DNA of 63,859 bases, the filler included, from a bacterium (lineage in GTDB: Bacteria > UBP15 > UBA6099 > JAJRTR01): the NCBI GenBank assembly GCA_024278215.1. It is 5 parts of 5 records of this genome, joined end to end, with 100 filler letters (N's around TTAATTAATTAA, not from the genome) between each part and the next. Parts side by side here need not be neighbours in the genome. Positions count along the whole stretch, not along the records: positions 1 to 25,025 come from JAJRTR010000178.1; positions 25,126 to 39,275 come from JAJRTR010000180.1; 3 more parts are not named here. One strand, written 5' to 3'. Position 1 is the stretch's first letter, and the number at the start of each line of letters is the position of its first letter. Below, one piece after another: positions 19,321 through 29,390 of this stretch. A program made the translations under genes and the position numbers. Below the pieces are notes generated by a model. That model did no database searches. It was given only the letters and a program-made list of their open reading frames with translations, and was not told the origin of the DNA.

Positions 19321-20196
19321 GACTTTCAAGATATTTGTCCTCGCCGCGCTGGCGCTGTGCGCTTTCGTTTTCACATCGGGCTGCAACCGCCTGCGCGACG
19401 ACTACTGGTATCACATAAAGAAAGGCAACTCGGAATATGCTTCCGGCGACTATGATTCGGCTCTCAAACAATACCACGACGCGGAACTTCTCAAACCCGA
19501 GTCCGCTGTGATCAGCCACAACATGGGCAACGTGTTCTACAAGCAGAAAAACATGGAGAAAGCTGTCGAGAAGTACAGGGCCGCGCTGTCTTCGTCCGAC
19601 CGCCGCATCGTCGCCGATGCCCACTACAACATCGGTAACGCTTACTACAGGCAGGATAAACTCGACGAGGCTATCCTCGAATACAAACAGGCACTCGAGA
19701 TAAATTCCAAAGACGTCGAAGCGAAATTCAACCTCGAACTCGCACGCGCTAAACTGAAAGAAAAGCTACAGAAACAGGAGGAAGAACAAAAAAAGCAGCA
19801 GCAAAAAAAGACCCGCTCGAAAAGAATAAGCTGCCCGACGATAAGAAGGACCAGAACAAGAAATGCAACAACCCGAAACAGGGACAGGGACAGAAGCAAC
19901 AGGCACAGAAAAAGCCGGCGCAGAAAAAAACCGGCGAAAAGGGCGAAGGAGCGGACAAAAAGAAAAAAGACGCTGAAAAGAAAAAAGCGGCAGCACAGCC
20001 TGAGCCGGGCAAAGATAAGAAAAAAGATGATAAGAAAAAAGGTGCCGCCGCAGGCGAAAAGAAAAAAAACGGCGAGATGTCCAAAGACGAAGCCAACAGG
20101 ATTCTCCAGGCGCTGGACAGCCGCGAGAAAAAGGACCGCGAGAAGATGACCGTCCCCTATCCGATGGGCGACTATCGACCTGAAAAGGACTGGTGA
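19304..20196 (+). CDS. batC: BatC TPR lipoprotein, split by a -1 frameshift in the Q/K-rich linker (~19790-19810)
   Basis: TPRs (HNMGN, YNIGN, AKFNLELA); the -1 frame after the A7 run at 19803-19809 gives DPLEKNK...MSKDEANRILQALD...PEKDW* (stop 20194-20196), the typical BatC ending. Confidence 0.8.
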
Positions 20197-20237
20197 GGAC
20201 AGGCACACAACTTTTAAATATAATAAAGCGGAAGTTT

Positions 20238-22025
20238 ATGAAAAACAGGATCAAAACAATATATATACTCGCCGCGTTTCTTACTATAGTGCTGCCGGCC
20301 GGTTGCGCTGTCGCGCGTGCGGACAACCTGCAATTCACCGCAAGCGTCAACCGAAACCGAATCGGGATAAACGAAACCCTGCAATATGTGCTGAGTGTCG
20401 AGGGTGCGGCCAGGCTGAACCAGTTGCCCCAGCCGCCCGACTTCAAAAACTTCGATATCGTCGGCACATCAAGGTCGAGCAACATGCAGATAATAAACGG
20501 CCGCGTATCGTCATCCTTCAATCTCATCTTTCAACTCGTGCCGAAGAACGTCGGCAAATTCACTATCGGACAGGCATCTTTCACCTACGGCGGCAAGACC
20601 TATAAGAGCAACAGGGTTGAAGTCGAAGTAATCCAGGGTCAGAAAAAACCCCGGCAGCAGGCCCCGCACAGGATGTCGAGAACTCTCGACCCTTACGAAC
20701 GGGACCAGGGCATCAAGGACAACATATTTTTTAAAACTACCGTCGACAAAACCAAAGCCGTGATAAATGAGCCTATCACTTTGACTTTCGGCTTCTACTC
20801 CCGGATAAATGTGTCGTCGGCGTCACTCGAGAAGATGCCGACTCTCAGCGGTTTCTGGAAGGAGGAACTCGAAGATTCCAAAAATGACCGCGAGGTCATC
20901 GTCGACGGTCGCCGCTACGGTGTCACCGAATGGAAATGGGTTGTCTTCCCCACAACCACGGGAAAATTCATTATCGACGAGGCAAAGGTAAAGGTGCAGA
21001 CCAGCCCCTTCCAGTCGCCTTACTTAATCAAGTCGAACCCGATAACAATCACAGTCGGCGATTTCCCCGACGAGGGCCGCCCGGATAACTTCAACGGCGC
21101 TGTCGGCGACTTCAAAATGAAAACAAAACTAGCCGCCGGGCAGGTTAAAGTCAACGAACCGGTGAACCTCACCGTGCGCATTTCCGGCAGGGGCAACGTC
21201 AACTCGATCCCCGATCTCGACATAAATCTGCCGCCCGACATCGACGTATACGAATCAAAAAGCACATCGAACACTTTCCATGAAAAGAATTATGTGCACG
21301 GCGAAAGGATATTCGAATATGCCCTGCTCCCGCGCGCGCCGGGCGACTATGAACTACCCGACATACGTTTTTCTTTCTACAACTATCGAACGAAAAAATA
21401 TGAAACCGTTTCCTCCGGGCCGTTGAAACTGAAGGTGTCGGGCATAGCCGCTATGCCCGAAGCTGTTCATGTGGACAAAGGCACGGTGCGCGTCCTGAAG
21501 CGGGAGATCAACCACATCAAGCCCGCGCCCGAAGGCGAACTCGACAGCGGCGGCTTTCTTTACAAAAATAAATTCTACTGGCTGCTTCACCTCCTTCCCC
21601 TGCTCGTTCTCGTCGCGGCCGCAGCGACAAAACACCGAAAAGAAAGTTTCAAAAAAGATGTCGCTCGCGCTCGCGCCACACGCGCTAAAGGTATCGCAGG
21701 TAAACTACTTCGCAAAGCGGCGAAACTGTTGAAAACTGAAACACAAAAGGAATTCTTTGCCGAGCTGTCGGCTGCTTTATATGAATATTTCGCCGACAAA
21801 CTCAATGTCTCCTCAAGCTCGCTCGTGATTGACGATATCGTGTCGATACTCGAGGAAAAACTCGGCGACGGAGCCCCGGCGGATAAGATACGCGAATGCC
21901 TGACCACCTGCGACACAGCCCGTTTCTCGACATTCAACGTGTCGCGCGAAGAAATGAAAAACGCATACTCGCAGGCCGCCGGAATCATAAATACTGTCGA
22001 AAGGCTATGGAAACGTGCCGGTTAA
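20238..22025 (+). CDS. batD: BatD protein
   Basis: Signal peptide, IINGR.SS, FNGAVGDF, ISGRGN, C-terminal TM plus helical domain. Confidence 0.88.
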   Translation: MKNRIKTIYILAAFLTIVLPAGCAVARADNLQFTASVNRNRIGINETLQYVLSVEGAARLNQLPQPPDFKNFDIVGTSRSSNMQIINGRVSSSFNLIFQLVPKNVGKFTIGQASFTYGGKTYKSNRVEVEVIQGQKKPRQQAPHRMSRTLDPYERDQGIKDNIFFKTTVDKTKAVINEPITLTFGFYSRINVSSASLEKMPTLSGFWKEELEDSKNDREVIVDGRRYGVTEWKWVVFPTTTGKFIIDEAKVKVQTSPFQSPYLIKSNPITITVGDFPDEGRPDNFNGAVGDFKMKTKLAAGQVKVNEPVNLTVRISGRGNVNSIPDLDINLPPDIDVYESKSTSNTFHEKNYVHGERIFEYALLPRAPGDYELPDIRFSFYNYRTKKYETVSSGPLKLKVSGIAAMPEAVHVDKGTVRVLKREINHIKPAPEGELDSGGFLYKNKFYWLLHLLPLLVLVAAAATKHRKESFKKDVARARATRAKGIAGKLLRKAAKLLKTETQKEFFAELSAALYEYFADKLNVSSSSLVIDDIVSILEEKLGDGAPADKIRECLTTCDTARFSTFNVSREEMKNAYSQAAGIINTVERLWKRAG

Positions 22026-22833
22026 GAAATACATACTCTTATTGATTTTCGTGATGGTTGCCGGCTCGACTGTCGGCACGTCGGCGCTTGAATTCGCCAC
22101 GGAACAGCAAAAATTGCCGGACAACCCAAAAGCGGTTTTCGCGCTTGCGGGCAAAGCATACGAAGCGGATAACTATGACGCGGCAGTGCAACTCTACGAA
22201 TCTATCGTCCGCCGCGGAATCCGCAGCGGAGTCGTTTATTACAACCTCGGTAACGCATACTTCCGTGCGGGCAATCTGGGCCGCGCCATCCTCAACTACC
22301 GGCGCGCGCAACTGCTGATGCCCCGCGACATCGAACTCCAGGAGAACATCGATTACGCTCGCACTCTCGCTATCGACGAGGCGAAAAAGACTATCGTCCC
22401 CACCTATCATGGCCGTTTTATCGAGAACGCCAAACGCTTCAGCCCCAACGAAATAACGATATGCGCATCGTCGTTATTTGTTTTTTCGATAATACTATTC
22501 TGCATCGCGATCTTCACGGACGCACCGGGCCTGAAGAAATTCCTCCGGCGCACTGGCGCGATCGCACTACTGCTTTCAATAACAGCCGGCGCCACACTAG
22601 GATATATTGTTTATGAAAACAAGCAGGCGCCGCACGCGATCATCACAGCCGAGCGCGTCGAAGTCCGCGCCGGGCCGGGAAACGAATTCACCACAGTCTT
22701 CGTGCTTCACGCAGGCGCGGAAGTCGTCGTGCGGCGCGAGCGCAACGGCTGGCTCAAAATCGAGTTCCCTTCCGTCGGCCACGGCTGGCTCCCTCGCAAC
22801 GAACTCGACAAAATACAGCTAAATAGTGGCTGA
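22015..22833 (+). CDS. batE: BatE (TPR plus SH3b) protein
   Basis: YYNLGNAY, GRAILNYRRA, two TMs, VRAGPG...LHAG..V...GWL. Confidence 0.88.
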   Translation: MPVKKYILLLIFVMVAGSTVGTSALEFATEQQKLPDNPKAVFALAGKAYEADNYDAAVQLYESIVRRGIRSGVVYYNLGNAYFRAGNLGRAILNYRRAQLLMPRDIELQENIDYARTLAIDEAKKTIVPTYHGRFIENAKRFSPNEITICASSLFVFSIILFCIAIFTDAPGLKKFLRRTGAIALLLSITAGATLGYIVYENKQAPHAIITAERVEVRAGPGNEFTTVFVLHAGAEVVVRRERNGWLKIEFPSVGHGWLPRNELDKIQLNSG

Positions 22834-22875
22834 CCGAAAATCCCCGCAATACACGCATAAGGGTTCGTCAAGAAA

Positions 22876-23022
22876 TAACCCGGCGTAGCCGAACCCAAAA
22901 GGTCGCGTTTTCGCGCCCAAACAAATGCGGTTTGAGCACGGCACACAGAGTTTCATCGTTCAAAAGGTCTACATTGGAAACGTCTGTAACTGGAAGCTCC
23001 AGTTTTTACCGATCTCTTTTCA
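22876..23022 (+). repeat. Repeat family D (~147 bp), second copy at 63711-63858
   Basis: Aligns by eye at roughly 90% with 63711-63858; contains palindromic units such as AACTGGAAGCTCCAGTT. Confidence 0.85.
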
Positions 23023-23404
23023 TCATTTCTTTACCATCCCGTGTAGCATTTCAGTCATAAGATACTGAGAAGAACATTCCGGTCATGTCCCTGAAATCTT
23101 AATAATCATCTGAAACGCACAAATTCAGTCTGTCTCCGAAAAACAAGCGAATTGACATAACTGCGGCGTGATAGGCCACGATTGCGCACTTTTCAGCAAT
23201 ATAGCGAATCTGCTTAAAAAAAAGTGCTCGTTTAAAGATGTTTTTTGTAAACAAATCCCGACAATTCAGGAAATTAAGTTTAGACAACAACAATATGGAA
23301 ATATTATTAGTAGACAGGACCGTTGCGGCGGTCTTTTTCGACAGGGGAAGAATGAAAATGCTTTTGGGAGATACTTTGTGTTTAAATTTGTGCCACCTTT
23401 ATGG

Positions 23405-24913
23405 ATGCACCGCCGATTTTCTTCTTCAACCTGTTCATTCTTTTTCATACTTTTATTCCTGATCATATCCCATACCGCGTCAACCCGTGCCGTTGCCGGT
23501 GCACAGTATGATATTTCATACTTCTGGAGCACCGACATCGACAGAGTTCGCCTCGTGGCCATCGAGATCGGTCGCCTGCTTGGTCCGGACGTTTCGCGCG
23601 AATTGAGGATCGTTACCGATAAATCAAAATACGGTCTCGTGTATGACCGCAACGGCGACGAAGCCTCCACAAGACAACTCGCCGCCGCACACTCGGAAAT
23701 ATTGAAAAAAAGCGGTTTCGAAGGCGCTTACGCCATCAGGGAGTCAAAATACGATTACATTTACAACATAAGATATTCATCCGGAACAAAGCTGCAACAA
23801 ATGAAAGAAGACTTCGAAAAGGTATTCACATATCTTGGCGAAGGTGTTGCTAAGGAGCTTTATGTCACGCGTGATACCGGCGGCAACTACGAACTGATAT
23901 ACCGGCGCCGGGGTGATCTGGATTCCACAAAAAAGATCGCCGCAAAACATACGCGACTTCTCTCCGGAGCAGGGCTCGAGGCTACCCTCAGCAGGGAGAA
24001 GGACTCGATGGTAGCCTACAGCCTGGCAGGTTTCAGCAATGGACGCGGTGGTTTTGTGGTCGGCGACCCGGAGACTCTTCATAAGTCTCGCCCCAAACAG
24101 TTCAGCACGGACACCAGCAACAATTTTACAATCGACAATCTTGAGGATGCGCTGGAAAAATACATCAAAAACCTCCGGCGAAGAGGCGTCATTACTTCCG
24201 ACGAACGCACCGCGTGGTCCGTTTTCGACTTCACATCGGGCAAAAAGATCGTCGACATCAATGAAGATGTTCCTCTCCAGGGTGCAAGCATGATAAAACC
24301 GTTTATATGCCTTGCGTTCTTCCACCAGGTTAAACAGGGCCGTATCGCCTACGGACCCAGAAGCCGCGCCAAAATGGAAGCGATGATCCAGCGCAGCAAC
24401 AACAGTGCCGCCAACTGGGTAATGAAACAGGTCGGCGGTCCCCGTGCTGTCGAGCGCATCCTTAAACGGAATTACAGCTATATATTCAAGCAGACACGAA
24501 TCGTCGAATATATCCCCAGCGGCGGTCGCACATACCGCAATAAGGCGTCCGCCCATGATTACAGCAGGTATCTCTTCGCTCTCTACAATAATAGACTTCC
24601 CTACTCACGCGAGATGAAGCGCCTCATGGCACTGCCCGGTCGCGACAGGCTCTACACCGGCGCTGAAGCCGTGCCGAAAGGGACAAAGGTCTACAATAAA
24701 ACAGGCAGCACATCACGACTTTGCGGCGACATGGGCATTCTCATGGTGCCCGGCAAAAACGGAAAGTATTACGCATACACACTCATCGGCATCATCGAAA
24801 AACCCGGCGGCGCTCGTAACTACTCGCGCTGGATCAAATCACGCGGCGACGCCATCCGCGAAGTCTCCAACATCGTATACTACGCAATGAAATCACGCCA
24901 CAGCCTGATTTAG
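23405..24913 (+). CDS. Class-A beta-lactamase-like serine hydrolase (PBP-A-like) with a duplicated N-terminal domain
   Basis: SxxK (SMIK), SNN and KTG; hydrophobic signal region after the likely start at 23405; two ~80-aa repeats upstream. Confidence 0.8.
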   Translation: MHRRFSSSTCSFFFILLFLIISHTASTRAVAGAQYDISYFWSTDIDRVRLVAIEIGRLLGPDVSRELRIVTDKSKYGLVYDRNGDEASTRQLAAAHSEILKKSGFEGAYAIRESKYDYIYNIRYSSGTKLQQMKEDFEKVFTYLGEGVAKELYVTRDTGGNYELIYRRRGDLDSTKKIAAKHTRLLSGAGLEATLSREKDSMVAYSLAGFSNGRGGFVVGDPETLHKSRPKQFSTDTSNNFTIDNLEDALEKYIKNLRRRGVITSDERTAWSVFDFTSGKKIVDINEDVPLQGASMIKPFICLAFFHQVKQGRIAYGPRSRAKMEAMIQRSNNSAANWVMKQVGGPRAVERILKRNYSYIFKQTRIVEYIPSGGRTYRNKASAHDYSRYLFALYNNRLPYSREMKRLMALPGRDRLYTGAEAVPKGTKVYNKTGSTSRLCGDMGILMVPGKNGKYYAYTLIGIIEKPGGARNYSRWIKSRGDAIREVSNIVYYAMKSRHSLI

Positions 24914-25025
24914 CCTCAATACCATGATTCGTGTGTAAAAAGTCACGGATGACATTTGTCAATAGACAATAAGCAACAATAGCGAACTCGCGAATAGTGT
25001 TTTTGTGCATTTCCGCCGACTTTAA

Positions 25026-25125
25026 NNNNNNNNNNNNNNNNNNNNNNNNNNNNNNNNNNNNNNNNNNNNTTAATTAATTAANNNNNNNNNNNNNNNNNNN
25101 NNNNNNNNNNNNNNNNNNNNNNNNN
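25026..25125. other. Artificial contig linker
   Basis: N44-TTAATTAATTAA-N44 six-frame-stop spacer. Confidence 0.97.
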
Positions 25126-26945
25126 ACTGGGCCGCTGGCGGAGATCGAATAGCCGCTGCTGTTGTTCTCGACATAGAAACTATCTGTTGCGGTATCAATA
25201 TAAATGTTGAGCGGACCGGTCATCGTGTCGCCTGTCGTCTGGACACCGTCGCCCGCGCTGATGCCCGTGATGCCGGAGCCGTCGCCGACAAGATATGCCG
25301 CTGTGATCGTACCTGTAGCGGCTGTTATGTCGCCGGATGCGGTGATGTTGCCGTCGACCTCGAGCCCCCCTTTAACATTACCGCCTGTTGTCATAAGAAA
25401 ATCAGTCGAATCATACCCATCCAGCAAGCCCGCGTCATCGGCTGCTACACCGGTAAGCCCCGAGCCGTCGCCGGAGAATGCACCGCCCGTAACTGTGCCT
25501 GAAACATCGAGTCCGCCGGAAATCGCGACCGCGCCGCTGGCGCTTATCGCGTAACCGGTGCCCGCATTTGCTACACTGAGCGTATCTGTTGAAGTGTCAT
25601 AAGATATTCCGAGCGGGCCGGTCATCGTGTCGCCGGTTTCATCGACCCAGTTATCCGTTGTTGCTTCCATAAAGTCTGTGGAGTCCATACCATCGAGCGT
25701 GTCCGCGTCTCCGCCGCTCGCGCTGATACCTGTGATGCCCGAGCCGTCGCCGACGAGATATGCCGCCGTGATCGTGCCGGTTGCCGCCGTGATGTCGCCC
25801 GATGCGATAACATCACCATTAACATCGAGTGAGCCGCTCATCGAGTCGCCTGACATGTCGACCCAGAAGTCCGCCGTGGCATTCATGAAATCTGTCGAGT
25901 CGAGTCCATCGAGCGTGTCCGCGTCTCCGCCGCTCGCGCTGATACCTGTGATGCCCGAGCCGTCGCCGACGAGATATGCCGCCGTGATCGTGCCGGTTGC
26001 CGCCGTGATATTGCCCGAAATAATGAGGTCGGAGTCTATCTCCAGATCGCCGATCATAAGGTCGCCGTCTGTACGTACCCATTCGTCGGTACCGGCAGTC
26101 ATAAAATCTGTCGAGTCCATGCCGTCGAGCGTGTCCGCGTCTCCGCCGCTCGCGCTGATACCTGTGATGCCCGAGCCGTCACCGACAAGATACGCCGCCG
26201 TGATCGTGCCGCTGGCTGTGATGTCGCCCAATGCGACAATATTACTATCGACATTGAGAGGGCCGGTCATCGTGTCGCCGGTTTCGTCGACCCAGTTATC
26301 TGTCGTTGCATCCATGAAGTCTGTCGAGTCGAGTCCGTCGAGTGTATCGGCATCTGTCGCGGCGGAGACGACACCTGTAAGCGCCGAGCCGTCGCCGACA
26401 AAATACTCTGCCGTCACAGTGCCGCTGGCAGTGATATTGTCGCCGGTGATGTCGCCGGATGTGATTATGTCGCCGGTGAGTGTGCCGCCGGTGAGCGACA
26501 GTTTTTCGCCGTCGAGTTCCGCGATGGCCGATTGCACATCTGTCGCCTCGACGCCGCCCTCTGCCGTGAACGTCACATTTTCGGCTGTGGACTGAAGCGT
26601 ATACGCCGCGCCTGTGACCTGCTCGCGCGGTGTGAACGCAGTGCCGTCCACCGAGATTTCCAGGTACACGGGACTTTCCCAGTCGATAGCCGACAGGTCG
26701 CAACTGCCCGAACCGATATCATAAGTAAACAGACCGGTGGCGACCGTAATCGACTGCGCGCCGGACGAGCACAGCATTGTGCCGCCGGTTTCGGCATCGT
26801 AGAGCTTGAACGTCATGCTCCTGGTGCCTGTGACGGCCACATCCGATTGTGCCAGGTATCCCTGGTATCCGATCACCTGTGGTGTCGCGGCATAGGCGAC
26901 CGCGCAAAGAAATACGAAAATACTCAGCAGACCAAGGCGTTTCAT
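25126..26945 (-). CDS. Secreted repetitive fibre/adhesin-like protein, C-terminus lost at the gap
   Basis: Signal peptide; PQVIGYQGYL...FKLYDA..GG N-terminal domain; repeated ITAAYLVGDGSGITG and DADTLDGLDSTDF units as in tail-fibre-like proteins. Confidence 0.75.
25620..26440 (-). repeat. Intragenic tandem repeat, 213-216 bp (71-72 aa), about 4 copies
   Basis: Matching blocks start at 25695, 25911, 26127 and, more diverged, 26340. Confidence 0.9.
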
Positions 26946-27028
26946 CTTAAACCTCCAAGCCTCAATTCGATTATACGAATGTAAGGTTTATTTCCATTAT
27001 TTTTATACTTCGATTTTTTATTCAACTT

Positions 27029-29350
27029 TCACTTCTCCGGCTCATCCGGGAAATCCGGCGGAAGAGCTTGTTCCACTATCAACATATATGTATCCGTCAC
27101 AGTGCCGGACTGCATTGTGACCACTACCGTTCCGTAATCCGACCCGGTCGTGTACACCACTTCCGCCACACCTTCCATCGTTGTCGCTACAGGATCAATG
27201 GAACCTTTATCGACGGAAAACAGGACTTCCGTGCCGTCCTTTATCGGGTTACCCGCTGCGTCCGCCACCAATACCGTCAACTCCGCCGCGTCGATTCCAT
27301 TTGACGTAAGTGTGCCGGTGTCCGAATCGTAGTAGATGTCAGTGACTGTGATGCTCGCCACTACGCTTGTGTGTTTCAGGAATGTGTCGTCGTCTTCGAT
27401 GTTGAGCAGTTTCCAGCCTTCGTCTTCTTTGTTGAATACCCATACGCCGGTGTGGGCATAAGTGACACTTCCCGTGTCGGTATCCCAGTCGAACTCGATG
27501 CGGCCTGTCGTACCGCTGATGATGGTAGCCTTTACCTGGTAGACAATATCTATGAGACCCTGTTCGGTGAACTTGTCGTCGAGGGCCTGTTCGAGCCTGT
27601 TGCTGTCCTCGATACTGTCGTAGTTCGTGGAGAAGTTATCGTCGACGGCATCCATAAAGGTGTCAACATCATTATCCTTATAAGCCTGCAACATCTTCTC
27701 GAACACTTCGCGCAGGGCGTCTTCTTCCGTCTTGTCGGTATATGTCAGTTCTATGGGATTAAGCATTTCTTCGGATTCGTTGCCGCCGATGTCCGTGGCT
27801 CTTGCGACGATCTCGTACTCACCGTCCGATGGTTTGAAACCATAGGCCCACGCTGTAGTATCTTCGGCCTCGAACCATGATGAACCGTCGTCCATGCTCA
27901 CTTCCACTTTTGCTATCTCGCACTGTGTTTTTTCCGCAGTCCCGGCGATATTCAGCTTGCCGTCTATCAGGTTGCCTTTGTTCATTTCCATTTCGCCGCC
28001 GAAATCGGGCACAGCAATGTTGGATATCATCTCGATTGTCACAACCGGCGCCTGCACATTTTTCGTAAGCTGCACTTCAAATTCAAATTCTTCGGATTCC
28101 GTGTTTCTGCTATCCTTCGCCTGCAGCGTAATGTTGTAACTATCCGCTTCTTTAAATGTGGGTTTGGCTTCCCATGTGTCCTTGCCTTCCACCTTGAACG
28201 ATGTTCCGTCCGCTTCGAGGGCCACACTCTCTATCTCGCCGCACACCGATGCCGCTTTACCTTTTATATCCAGTTTCATGTCGCCGCAATCGGTCGACTC
28301 GATATCGAGTGTGCCGTCTGCTTCGACGCTTTTCCCATTCACTGTTATCGCGCTGAATGTCGGTTTCGGCAGTTCTTCAATCGGCTCGACACTGAGCGAG
28401 TATTCGAATTTCGATTCTTTTTCGTTCGCGTCTTTCGCATTTATTACTATCTTTCGGGCTTTGGTGTCGGAGATTTTGAATTCATATTTGCCCTCGAACG
28501 TGATCCCTTTTTCCACGCCCGCATAGGTTTTGGTCTCCGATCCCACGGCAATAGATATTTCCTTCAGTGCGGCACAATCGCTTTTTATTTTCCAGGCGAT
28601 AGTTACACTTTTTTTCGGGTCGCAGACAGAGTCGGACTTTAGTTCCATTTCGCCGCCGTTGCTTGCCGCGTCTTCATTTATGGTAACCGAAGAAATCTCC
28701 GGCGAATCGGTGCATGTTTCCGCCGCCACGCCTGTCTTTGTTTCTGCTGTAATCGCCTGTGTTGAAAAAGTAATTGTTATTGTTTTGTTTACAACAACTT
28801 CGACATATTGAACCTCAGCCGCGTCCGCCGCTACGCCTGCCGATTTGCCGGTTATGCCGCCGGCGACAGTCGACGACTCGGCGGAAAAGACAAGATTGCC
28901 GGTGTCGCCGCTGATCTCCGGTTGCGCCTGTGCTTCGCCGTCGTCAAAAGTGATGGTCGCCGATTGTGTGACGACGACCTCGACATATCCTGACGTGCCC
29001 GCTGCCGTGCCCTCCGCGGCATACCCGGCGTCGCCGCCGAACTGGATCGAGCTGTCGTCGGTGCTGATCTCCGGCTGATAATTTTCGCCGGAATCACCTG
29101 TGGAAGGTGCAGCCTGCACGGGTCCACCGCCCTGCGGCTGCGTATTACCACCGCCCACGCCGGTTTCTTCTCCTGCTGCGTCCGAATAAACGATCTGCCC
29201 CGTTCCCGTGATCGTCACTTCCTGCATCCCGGGTTCGTCTCCCGCCTGGGCAAGTGCTGCCACGCTCCAGGCAAAAAACAGAACAGTAAGAGAAAGAAGA
29301 TATATTATTCTTCGCTTCATCATCCTTTTCATGCCGATTCCTGAATTCAT
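27029..29350 (-). CDS. Large secreted acidic protein with Ig-like domains, an NTF2-like domain and a C-terminal invasin/Big_1-like domain
   Basis: Signal peptide; VEVSMDDGSSW...ARATDIGGN Ig motif; AYKDNDVDTFM...WKLL; VADAAGNPIKDGTEVLFS. Confidence 0.6.
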   Translation of the reverse strand: MNSGIGMKRMMKRRIIYLLSLTVLFFAWSVAALAQAGDEPGMQEVTITGTGQIVYSDAAGEETGVGGGNTQPQGGGPVQAAPSTGDSGENYQPEISTDDSSIQFGGDAGYAAEGTAAGTSGYVEVVVTQSATITFDDGEAQAQPEISGDTGNLVFSAESSTVAGGITGKSAGVAADAAEVQYVEVVVNKTITITFSTQAITAETKTGVAAETCTDSPEISSVTINEDAASNGGEMELKSDSVCDPKKSVTIAWKIKSDCAALKEISIAVGSETKTYAGVEKGITFEGKYEFKISDTKARKIVINAKDANEKESKFEYSLSVEPIEELPKPTFSAITVNGKSVEADGTLDIESTDCGDMKLDIKGKAASVCGEIESVALEADGTSFKVEGKDTWEAKPTFKEADSYNITLQAKDSRNTESEEFEFEVQLTKNVQAPVVTIEMISNIAVPDFGGEMEMNKGNLIDGKLNIAGTAEKTQCEIAKVEVSMDDGSSWFEAEDTTAWAYGFKPSDGEYEIVARATDIGGNESEEMLNPIELTYTDKTEEDALREVFEKMLQAYKDNDVDTFMDAVDDNFSTNYDSIEDSNRLEQALDDKFTEQGLIDIVYQVKATIISGTTGRIEFDWDTDTGSVTYAHTGVWVFNKEDEGWKLLNIEDDDTFLKHTSVVASITVTDIYYDSDTGTLTSNGIDAAELTVLVADAAGNPIKDGTEVLFSVDKGSIDPVATTMEGVAEVVYTTGSDYGTVVVTMQSGTVTDTYMLIVEQALPPDFPDEPEK

Positions 29351-29390
29351 ATTCCGTTTCCCATCGGGCTCCGCGCCCTCAGAACTTGTA

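Noticed and set aside
19810-20149. Arg/Lys-rich C-terminus of ORF 19283-20149 as a nucleic-acid-binding tail
   Set aside because: It is the out-of-frame reading of the batC linker
23405-24913. Antibiotic-resistance beta-lactamase call
   Set aside because: Only the general SxxK/SxN/KTG motifs are seen; the long N-terminal extension suggests a PBP-like enzyme
25070-25081. TTAATTAATTAA palindrome recurring four times
   Set aside because: Always centred in a 100-bp N block; an assembly linker, not biology
25126-26945. Prophage tail-fibre gene
   Set aside because: It has a Sec signal peptide and there are no phage genes nearby
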